A stretch of DNA of 64,000 bases, taken from an uncultured Haloferula sp. Its GTDB lineage: Bacteria; Verrucomicrobiota; Verrucomicrobiia; Verrucomicrobiales; Akkermansiaceae. Below the pieces are notes generated by a model. That model ran no database searches and was not told the origin of the DNA. It saw only the letters and a list, made by a program, of their open reading frames with translations. A program made the translations under genes and the position numbers. Within the stretch, counting starts at the first letter, position 1. Every line of letters begins with the position of its first letter. The stretch spans positions 288,001-352,000 of the forward strand of contig CBFGTS010000002.1 of assembly GCA_965652295.1 (NCBI GenBank), written 5' to 3'. Below, in pieces: positions 1 through 9,500 of the stretch.

Positions 1-900
1 CACCGTGAAAGCCCGCTTGTCGACCAACACGCGACTCTCCGTGTCGAAAGCCAGATCCACCCGGCCACAGTGAATCCCATAGTAGCTGGCCTGGCTGCCG
101 AGCGTCTTCCCCACGTAGAATGCCCCCCTGTCCTGATGGCTATGTCCTGCCAGATAAACATCGACGCCCGGGACCGCCTCCAGCATCGCCCGCACCGGAT
201 TCGCGAAATCATCTTCAAACCGCCAGCCCATGTGGCCGATCGCCACCACCGCATCCACCCCCTGCGCTTTGAGTTCCGCCACACTTCGCCGCAGCGACTC
301 AATCGGATCCGTCACCGCGATCCCGTCCAGCGTCTCCGGTGCCAGCCAGAACGGCATCCCCGGCGTGGTCAGGCCCACCAGACCGATGCGAAACCCGCCG
401 ACTTCCTTGATCTGCCACGGTTTCACCTTGCGCCACGGCCCGCCAGCGTCGTCCGACGACTTCCCATCGACCGTCAGATTTCCCGTTAAAATCGAAGCGT
501 TCGAGCGATCCAGCGCTCCCTCGATCACCCCGCGACCCCAGTCCAGATCGTGGTTGCCGATCGTCCAAGCGTCGTAGCCGAGCCGGTTGAAAAGGTCGAT
601 CATCACCGCTCCATCCGTTTCAAAACCGACCGCCGTGCCCTGATAGACATCGCCGATGTCCACCAGCAGCATGTCCGGATTCGCCTGCCTCCAGCGGCGG
701 ATCTGCGTCGCACAGCGGGCGAGCCCGCCGAGATCGCCGATGCCATCGTAGTTCAGGGTCGGGAGGATGTGCCCGTGAAGGTCGGTCGTGAAGGCGATCG
801 AGACCGTCTTCACCCGCCGTTCGTCCTTACCGAATCCCACGGCAGCCGCGCCGAGCCACGCTCCGCCCGTCAACAACCACTCGCGTCTCGTCCAATCCAT
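1..900 (-). CDS. Tat-exported bifunctional metallophosphoesterase / 5'-nucleotidase family protein, N-terminal part (runs off the window edge)
   Basis: Absent from the ORF track; translated manually from ATG at 900. It begins MDWTRREWLL (twin-Arg signal) and carries calcineurin-like motifs FTTDLHGH, DIGDVYQG, IGNHDLD and AGHSH. Confidence 0.85.
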   Translation of the reverse strand, partial: MDWTRREWLLTGGAWLGAAAVGFGKDERRVKTVSIAFTTDLHGHILPTLNYDGIGDLGGLARCATQIRRWRQANPDMLLVDIGDVYQGTAVGFETDGAVMIDLFNRLGYDAWTIGNHDLDWGRGVIEGALDRSNASILTGNLTVDGKSSDDAGGPWRKVKPWQIKEVGGFRIGLVGLTTPGMPFWLAPETLDGIAVTDPIESLRRSVAELKAQGVDAVVAIGHMGWRFEDDFANPVRAMLEAVPGVDVYLAGHSHQDRGAFYVGKTLGSQASYYGIHCGRVDLAFDTESRVLVDKRAFTV

Positions 901-1042
901 GATGCCCACCAGCATCTCCCGTTCCGTCCGCGTGACAAGCTCGCGAATCGTGTCGGAAATGCCCCAACCGCACAGATCCCGCACGGATCACCCGGCACTA
1001 CCGCAACCCTCACCCGACCTTCGACAGTCCTTCAGGACCGGC

Positions 1043-1226
1043 TCAGGGCTCCTACGTTAGGGAGAAAGCGGAGACCACTGGCTGTTGGTGGACCAGTGAT
1101 GGATGGGATATTTTGAGGCTGCCGGGTGCGGTTTCTATGCATTTCCATCCTATTCATCCCATCCATCCTGAGAACCATTTTTGTTCCAAGCAGGGCCCGG
1201 CTCGCTCCCTACTGGAGGAGCCCTGA
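1043..1226. repeat. Long imperfect palindrome (MITE/REP-like element)
   Basis: Outer arms TCAGGGCTCCT..TAGGGAG (from 1043) and CTCCCTA..AGGAGCCCTGA (to 1226). Inner perfect 12-bp arms GATGGATGGGAT (1098-1109) and ATCCCATCCATC (1156-1167). Confidence 0.6.
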
Positions 1227-1294
1227 CTACCAGCCAAGTGATCTTACTGCTTGACTTGAAACCCGCCTGTTATCCATCAATTGAATAACAACGG

Positions 1295-1939
1295 ATGCAA
1301 CTTCATTACGTCACCAACAAAAGCCACACACGCCTCGAAAAAGACTACTTTCTCCCCAGCCTTCCGGAAGGACTTGTCCCGGTCGAACATGTTTGCTCGA
1401 TTTCCAACGACAGCGGAACCTTCATGAGTTCTGATTTCCTGGAAGTCATCCGCTGGAAAATCAGACAGGTCCTTCAATCACTCGACACCAACGAGGTTCA
1501 GGTGTGGTCGGATGTCGATATCGTCTTCAACTCCTCCCATACGAGAATCGTGCATGAGCTGCAGGGCATGGTGGCGGGAGGCAAGCCACCTCTGGCTTTC
1601 CAACAGGAACACGCCGGCAACCATCGTTTGATCAATGCAGGATTTGTCATCATCCGACCGTGCCCCGAAGTCCGGAATTTCTACCGGATCGTCGATAAAC
1701 TCCTCTCCCTTTCACCCAACAAACACGATCAAGACATCATCAACGATATTTTTCTCGGCGGGGAGTATCTCCACAGCCTCTACGCAACCCTCCCTCCGAA
1801 CTTGTACGCCGCTGAATCCAATCGCGGCCTCGCGCCGGGAAGCCGAATCTACCACGCCAACTGCACCGGGCGTGTCGAAGACAAATATCAGCTACTCGAA
1901 AAAGCCCGCGCCTGTTTCCATAGCATCACGCCACCTTAA
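1295..1939 (+). CDS. Nucleotide-diphospho-sugar transferase (GT77/Nucleotid_trans-like glycosyltransferase)
   Basis: WSDVDIVF (DxD motif), INAGFVIIRP, HDQDIIN and a C-terminal YHANC motif, typical of this GT-A family. Confidence 0.7.
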   Translation: MQLHYVTNKSHTRLEKDYFLPSLPEGLVPVEHVCSISNDSGTFMSSDFLEVIRWKIRQVLQSLDTNEVQVWSDVDIVFNSSHTRIVHELQGMVAGGKPPLAFQQEHAGNHRLINAGFVIIRPCPEVRNFYRIVDKLLSLSPNKHDQDIINDIFLGGEYLHSLYATLPPNLYAAESNRGLAPGSRIYHANCTGRVEDKYQLLEKARACFHSITPP

Positions 1940-1967
1940 AACCAAGCGGATCTCGGAGCACAGGCTG

Positions 1968-2564
1968 TCAGCCGTCGTCAGCAACTCCCTCCCTCCAGAT
2001 CGCAAGCACCCGCGGGTCTCCCTTAATCTCTGAACGCAAGTACTCGTCGGGTTCTCCGAGAAATCTGTCGCAGCAGCTCCGCTCCCAATCGCGCTCGTAA
2101 TCATGCACGAGCACCGCCGCCCCTGAGCGGGCCCGAAACTCGGCCGCAGCGTAGATGCTCTCCTCACGTCCGGGATGACCCGCAGCGTACCCCCGGGGCC
2201 CGTCGACAAGGATTGCATTCCAATCTCGATTCAGATGCTCGATTTGCTTCAGGATCGTGTCGGGATGATCAAGAGGAAACCCTATGCAGCCCCGGTAGGA
2301 CACTTGGATCGTCTCTACCTCACCGTGATGGACCCATTCCGGATCGTCCTCCAAGATGGTAAGGTGTCTGGTGACCTTTTCCCAAAAAGGAGCATCGAAT
2401 CCAGCTCCAAAGACCAACATGTTCCGGTCCCTGACGATACCGGCAACGCGCGCGTATTAATGCGGCGTCATGCTGACTTCGCTCCGGTCTTGGCAAAGTT
2501 TCAGGAACGTCATGAGCTGGACCTCGAATGATTCCATTGGGCTTGGGCTGGATGATTCCTTCAT
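1968..2564 (-). pseudogene. DUF579 (GXM/IRX15, Polysacc_synt_4)-like polysaccharide methyltransferase with an in-frame stop codon
   Basis: ORFs 2457..2720 and 1968..2420 share a frame and are separated by a single TAA at 2457-2459 (...SMTPH*YARVAGIVRDRNMLVFGAGFD). Motifs LVFGAGFDAPFW, WNAILVDGPRGY..PGREESIYAA and LVHDYER resemble plant GXM/IRX15 proteins. The start is ATG 2564 or 2537. Confidence 0.6.
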
Positions 2565-2603
2565 GCATTCTTCAGGAGATTCACCTTCTAAAACGAGGCG
2601 ACA

Positions 2604-2854
2604 CGCTGGCTCGCGAGGTTGTAGCCTTGCTTGATCTGTTCGATCTCCCCCGACCCCTTCAGCCAACGCATGTTCCAGTGCGCCCGAAACGGTCCCAGCC
2701 GATGTAGGGGACCCCCGCATCGCCGCCGTTCTGGCCGTTGGCGCTGATATAACTCAGCTTCACCCCCGGGTGGGCGTAATTGATTTCCACGGAACGATTC
2801 AAGCCCACGTATTCGTAGGCCGCAAGAACGGAAAGATCATCGGTCCGAAGACGC
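2604..2854 (-). pseudogene. Orphan degenerate copy of an internal RHS core segment
   Basis: Near-identical to 5272..5523 of the RHS gene (RLRTDDLSVLAAYEYVGLNR..GDAG.PYIGWDRFGRT), with scattered substitutions and a 1-bp deletion near 2676. Confidence 0.85.
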
Positions 2855-3037
2855 CCAGCGGAATCCCGGGCCTTTCCAGGCGAGGGCCGGGTGTTGAAAC
2901 GTTCGGATGAATGATCACGATCTACTTTCGGGGGCTCTCGCGACAAGAAGCTCCGAGCCGAAACTTGGCATCATTCCCGGATGGCTCGATCATTGCGGTT
3001 GGCTGAAACTATTGGTCGCGTACAGTCCACTTGTAAA

Positions 3038-3559
3038 TTACTTGTCGAAATCTTGATGGGAGCCTCTGTTCTTAATTTTTCCCCGCAACTCGTTTGCCCA
3101 TCGATTTAAATCAGTCCACCATCGGTCCAAATCGGAAGCTCCGTCGATGAAACCAAAACATTCAAAATAGGCATCAATTGCATTTTTTTGATTTTCGCTC
3201 AATCGAACATATCGGTTTGAAGGACCATTTTTTTTAATCAGACAATCCTCCCACCATGCTCGAAAATTCTCCATCCATGTTGCGGTAACGCAATCATAAT
3301 TTTCAAGAGCATACTCTGCAAGAGCAGGCATAAAATACCTTCGCCCATTCGAACTAAGCAAATCCATAAATAGCAATGCCCTTTCATCTTTGCATCTTCC
3401 TTCCACCACATCCTCCCGACTTAATGTTTGCAGGAATTTCTCACCTTCCAAGGACAAAACGCCGCTAACGCTCGTCATTCCTTCTCCAATTGGACGTTCG
3501 CAATCCGAAAAACTTTCTTTCATTTTGCGAATTACTTCTAAATTCGAAATTGCGCTCAT
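3038..3559 (-). CDS. Putative immunity protein for the RHS toxin (DUF6714-like)
   Basis: 173-aa ORF 40 bp downstream of the RHS, on the same strand, and visibly AT-rich like the toxin tip. GRRYFMPALAEYAL resembles the 'F.YYLPA' motif of immunity-like proteins. Confidence 0.65.
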   Translation of the reverse strand: MSAISNLEVIRKMKESFSDCERPIGEGMTSVSGVLSLEGEKFLQTLSREDVVEGRCKDERALLFMDLLSSNGRRYFMPALAEYALENYDCVTATWMENFRAWWEDCLIKKNGPSNRYVRLSENQKNAIDAYFECFGFIDGASDLDRWWTDLNRWANELRGKIKNRGSHQDFDK

Positions 3560-3599
3560 TCTATATTAAAAAATCTCTGACCAGGATTTAGGTACACTT

Positions 3600-6500
3600 T
3601 CACCAAATATCTTTATACAAATCTTGCACAGATTCCTCCTCTCCACAGCACTTTTTGAGTACCACCTCACCACATTTTTTGATTTGATTGGCAGTTCGCC
3701 CCAAGGGCTCTTGGTGGTTCTTGTTGCCACTACCCCAGGGAATCTGATCACAATTCATTGCCATGTATATTGAACGGTTTGCGTTCTCCAAAAGAGCCTT
3801 ACCCATTTTCGCTAAGGCCTCCTTGCATGAGTCCGTTGGACTGCAACCAGAGCTTTTATTACTATCATATTTCTTATAAGCTTCTCTGCAGCTTGCAACG
3901 CGTTTGGCTCGAGCGAGCACTTCAGTAGCATCCCGTCCCTTTTTAATCCAGTCCATTACCTTATCTTTATCAATGCCGGGAACACCATCGATGGCATCAC
4001 TGGCCTCATCAACCGCTGATCGAGCAGCATGTATGGCTCTTGCCCTATTAAAGGCTTCAGATGCTTCGCTGGAAGGTGGATAGTGGGTCGGAACTCTAGC
4101 TTCAAGGGCGTCTGCCCACTTTTCACCGGCCTTGTATCCAAGGTATCCTGCAGCTGGGACTGCAGCCACCCCAGCGGCAACTGTTGCACCGGCTCCTGCT
4201 GCAGCCGCACCTGCGCTGACTGCAGGGAGAGCAATTGTACTCAGCCCGTACTGATCATTCTGGTTAGCCGGCGAATTTTCCACGAATCTGTAAATATTAA
4301 CTCCGCCCTCTTCCCCAATAGGATCCCTGCTCAACCACCTCCCAAGGAACACGTTCAAATACCGGAATCCAAAGTTGTAGTAGCCCGTCTCCCCATCCCG
4401 GAACTGCGCCTTGTAAAGCACTTCCCAATCGTAAGCACTCTCCACCCGCGCATCAAAGCTCCCGCTCAGGAACCTCACATCGCCAAACGCGCTATAACCG
4501 TACCGCTCGACCACTACTCCCGCAGCGTTGGTGATGCCCGTCACGTTGTAGTAGTCATGCAGCGCGTAGTGCGCCTCGGTCACGGGCGTGGTGGAGCCGC
4601 CGCCACCGCTGCTTCCGCTTGACGAGCCGGAGGACGACGAAGGAGGCTCGGGCGTGTGCGTCCACAGCCGCCGCACCAGATCGTCCCGGTAGCGGATGCC
4701 CCAGTCGTAGGTCTTCGACGGTTCGATGGAGCTGCCTTCGCGCTCTTCGACCGGACGCCACTGCTGGTTGTAGTAGCTGTGCGTCACCTGGCCATTAACT
4801 GTTTTGGTGGTGCGGCGGAACAGGCCGTCGTAGTCGTAGCGGATGGTGTCGCCACCACCGGTCACCGTGCTCAGGCGGTTCCATGCGTCCCACTTCAGGA
4901 TCTGCCTGATCGACCAGTTGCCACCGGCCGAGGGCGGGCATTTGGTGACATTCCCTGAGGCGTCGTGGCTCATCCAGGTGCTCGACGGGCTGCCGGGTGG
5001 GTAACCGATCTGGGTGATCTGGTTGGAGGTGTTGTGCACCCGGTCCTGATTGAAGGTCGGGCTGCCGTTCTGGAAGACCTTGTAGTTCTCCCAGTTGCCG
5101 ATCGGATCGTAGTCGAAGGCCTCACCACGGAGCGGCACACCTCCGATGGCGTCGCGGTTCTCGTTGAGCGTCCCGCGCTGACGGCCCACCAACTGCCTCA
5201 GGCCGTCGTACTGGTAGCACTCGTCCTCCTTGGCCAGCGCTGCGGTGGCCACCGGGTTCTCGCGCCACGTCCGCTGGCTCGCCAGATTGTAGCCGTACTT
5301 GATCTGCTCGATCTCCCCCGCGCCCTTCAGCCAACGCATGTTCTGGGTGCGCCCGAAACGGTCCCAGCCGATGTAGGGGTCCCCCGCATCGCCGCCGTTC
5401 TGACCGTTGGCGCTGATGTAACTCAGCTTCACCCCCGGTTGGGCATAATCGATTTCCACGAAACGATTCAAGCCGACGTATTCGTAGGCCGCAAGAACGG
5501 AAAGGTCATCGGTCCGGAGGCGCTCGATCCGCCCGAGCTTCCAGTTCGCTGCCGTAGCGGAACCGTAAACGTAGTCCAGTCTCCGCGCCGAGGGATAAGT
5601 GATCCGGGTCGGCAGGATCCGGTTGTTGAAGCCACTATGGTAGCTGTAGGCAACCTTGGGCGTGCTGCCGGTGACCGCTCCACCGTGGGCCTGCCGGTCA
5701 GCCTCCACCTGGCTCCACGGCGTGTATTCGAAGGCGACCTGGTTGGCGACCGACCCTGCTCCCACCGTGGCGCTGGTGTGGCTGGTGACCTGATGAGGTT
5801 GCCCCTTGGGGGTGTAGGTGGTGCTGATGCGCCGGATCGCGCCATCGATACCCGATGCCAGCGTCGTCACCCGGTCCTGGGTCAGGCGGCCCAGAAGGTC
5901 GTAGTCATACTCGTGCACCGTCGAATTCGGGTCCTCATATCGGACGACCTGCGACTGCCAATTGTAGCGGTACTGGTACTTCCCGTTGTCGGGCATCTGC
6001 TTCTCCTTGAGCAGGCGGTTGCTCGCGAGATCCACACCCGGGGTGCCGCTCACGCCGTAGATCCAATCGGTCACCTCATCGGTCAGCGTGCCGCCGACCC
6101 TCACGGCATTGACCAGCGTCAGCTTCTTGAGCTGGGAATCCGCGTGGTACTGGTAACGGGTGGTCCGGCTTTCGTCGTCGCTGCTGGGACTGGCCTTGTA
6201 GTTCTCGATCAGTTCGGTGCGGCGCCCCATCGCGTCTTCCTTCCAGATCGATTCGATGCCCTGCGGATCCACCATGCCCGAGGGGTCGCCATCGGCCGCG
6301 AAGTTGTAGGTCGTCACCAGCACGGTGCCGCCGCTCGCCGGCGGCTGGGCCGGGCGCACCAGATCGGCTCCGCCGTGGGTGCCGTAATCGGCTTCTTTCC
6401 TCCTCCGCCCGATCCCATCGGACCAGTAGGCGGTGTAGGAGCGTCGTCCTTTTGCCGTACCTACCGGCGCGTTGGGCCCGCCCAAGGGCCCCTTGCCTAC

Positions 6501-9500
6501 CGTCGAATGAAATCGCTCGGTGCGCGCGTACACGGTCAGATTGCTCGCCGGATCGTAAGTGTAGTCCTCCTGTTCATACACCTCATCCCAAGTCACGTCG
6601 TTGGGCGGATTGGTCCCGCCGCCGCCGGTTTCGCCCGACGAACCTCCTCCGAAGAAGGTGTAGCCTCGGCCAATTCTTGAACTCGTATTTTCCGAGGTGA
6701 ATTTCTGGCTGCTGGTCATCGGATAGATCGACATCCCGGACCCGGAGGCATGCGAACCGTAATCATACGACTCCAAAATGAGGGGGATGCCGAGCCTGCC
6801 GTCAGAGACCGTGACCTTCCGCAGCAAATTCGGTCCAGCAGGGTCGGTCGGCGGGTTGTACGTGTAACGCTTGACCTCGCCCTCGCCATCCTTGAGACGG
6901 ACAATGAGATCGCCCGTCGCTTCGGTCGGCGAAACCACCACCGGCTCCGTGAGCATCTCGCCGTTCACCGCGGCCGAGCTTGCGCGGAGCGTGGTGAGGA
7001 AGGCGCTGTTGAACTGACGAAAGCGGTACCAGCGGGCTCCGTTGGAGGTCTGCTCCAGGATGGAGAGAATGGTTTTGCCGCCGGGGTTGCTGTAAATGAT
7101 CTTCTTGTTGCCGTCCGGCCGGGTCTCGACGGTCTTGACCGCCCACGTGTTGACCTGGAAGAGGCTGGGATTGGCGGTGTTCCGGAAATACTGGTAGCCG
7201 TACGGCTTGGCTCCTCCCTGCACCTTCTCCAAGGTGACCCGCCGCTCATCGTCGTACTCGAAGTAGTAATCGCTGTAAGGCTCGAGTTCGGCATCGGTGA
7301 GTAGTTCCGGATCCTCGCCATCCGCCGTCAGCCTGCGGCACCCCTGCGGCCCGACCACGAACTTCAGGCCGTGGAGAAAGCCCTTGGACTCCCCCGTTTC
7401 ATAGTAGCGGTAGAAATTCCGCCGGATTTCCTGGAACGCCGTGCCATTCCACTCTTCCACGATCACGTGCTTGAGGTCGCCCTCCGTGCCTCCGCTCTCA
7501 CCGCTCACGTAGTAGTTGTAGCGGACCCGGCGCAACACCGTGCCGTCCATAATCTGGGTGATCACGGACATCAGGCCGGCTTCTCCCCCGGTGGTATGAT
7601 AGTCGTAGTCAAAGGACACCGTCCGCGTGCCGTCCGACCACGTCACCAGATCCACGCGACCGTCGCCATAGTAGGTCACCAGGCCCTCGTTGCCATACCG
7701 GTTGCTGAATTTCCAGATCTTGCCCCGGAGGTTCTCCGACGCTCCCTGCCCGTAGTAGGTTTTCCTGCTGCCGTCCCCGAGCTCCAAGGTGACCCCATCC
7801 GTGTTGCTCACCAGGCGGCTGCGTCCGCCGAACTGGTTGTCCGCCACACCACCGCTGAAAGGAGCGAACCATTCGCTGGTGTCGGCTCCGGTGACCACCA
7901 CCGACATCTCGCCGGACTCTCCCTGGCCGGTTTGGAAATGGGACAACTGTTCGGAGAGCCAACGCGCCCCGTTGTAGCCGGTGCCGTTGCCGTTCATCCC
8001 ATTGGAGTAGCTGCGCTTCTGCCCCCAGCGAAATCCCAAGCCTTTCCAGGCGAGGTCCTCCACTTCGTACAGCAGCTCGCCGGTGAAATACCTCACCGGG
8101 TTGTTGCTAGCCTCATCCTGGTTGCAAGAAGCATCACCGTCCGATCCATTTTCGGTTCCGTTCTCGCTTGAGGTCTCACTGACCCCGCCACCCTGCCCGC
8201 CGCACTTGCACCGGGGAGAGGCGGGTTGGCCATAGGATGAGCCTGCGGAACCGCTGCTCCAACCACTGCCCGAGGAACCGCCACTGCCCGAGGAACCGCC
8301 ACTGCCCGAGGAACCGCCGCTGCCCGAGGAACCGCCGCTGCCCGAGGAGCCACCACTGTCCGAGGAGCCGCCGCTGTCCGAGGAGCCGCCGCTGTTCGAA
8401 GAGCCGCCGCTGTCCGAAGAACCGCCGCTGTCCGAGGAGCCACCGCTGGATGAATCCGAGCTGCCGCTGGAACCCGGGTCGGGCGGCTCGTCCGACGACG
8501 AAGAGCCGTTGGTACTTCCCGAGCTGGGCGGGCCAGGAGGAGCCTCTCCTTCCAAGACGACGTAGCGGGCTTTGTTGCGCTCCACTCCGTCATAGAGATA
8601 CTTCACCGCGGCGTCTGTGTTCGGGCCCGTTTCTTTGATCAGATTCCCGCTCGCGTCATACCAGCGGCGGGTTTCGAGGGCTGCTGCGGTCAGCTCCCCC
8701 GTGGTTTCATCCGCACCCTGCACTTCCTCAAGGTACACCTGGCCCTGCTCGTTGTAGTGAGTGACCTGGCGTCCCAGATAATGGCCGGCCCCGACTTGAT
8801 CCCGATAGCGCACCACTTCGGTCAATTGACCCTGCCGGTCGTGTACGTAGGTCGTGAGCAGATCCACGGTCCCGTCGGTCGTCTGGCTCAGCCTCAGACG
8901 GTCACGGAAATCATACTCCATGATCTCGATCCGGTCTTCCGCATCGTCCGAACTGACCTTCCGCGTCACCCGGGTCAGGTTCCCATTTCCTCCCGGCACC
9001 CCGTTGTCGTACTCGTATTCCTCCACCGGGAGCATGTTGTTGGAAGTGCTTGAGCCTCCCGCCGGATCGGAATCGGTCGCGCCGTCGTCGTCGGTGCCCA
9101 CCCACTTCGAGGTCACGAGCCCGCGCGCATCATAGACACTCCGGGTGATGGTTCCCGTCTCGTCCTTGACCCGGACAAGACGGTCCATTTCGTCGTATTT
9201 GTATTCAACGAGTTCGTAGTTGTCGTGCTGCGTTCCCTCCCCGCTGTCCGGGATCTTGTGGTAGATCTTCCTGCTCAGCAGCTTGCCCCAAGGGTCGTAG
9301 TGGTTGGTCGTCCACTTCCTGCGGTTGGAGTAAGCTTTGAGGTTCGAGGCTTCACTGGGAGAAAGAGGGCCGTTGTTCGACTGCCTGACGGCACCGATTT
9401 CCTCCACCACCCGTCCAAACGCGTCCGTGCGCGTGATCGTCACCAAGCCGACCGTCGTGTAGTCGTAGGAACTTCCCGATGCCACCGCGTAGCCGCGCGC

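Noticed and set aside
70..1116. Plus-strand ORFs 70..489, 230..577 and 550..1116
   Set aside because: They are antisense shadows of the minus-strand metallophosphoesterase and show no recognisable motifs.
8263..8442. Regular repeat array considered as a possible CRISPR
   Set aside because: The 18-bp units are head-to-tail with no unique spacers, lie in frame within a CDS, and there are no cas genes.
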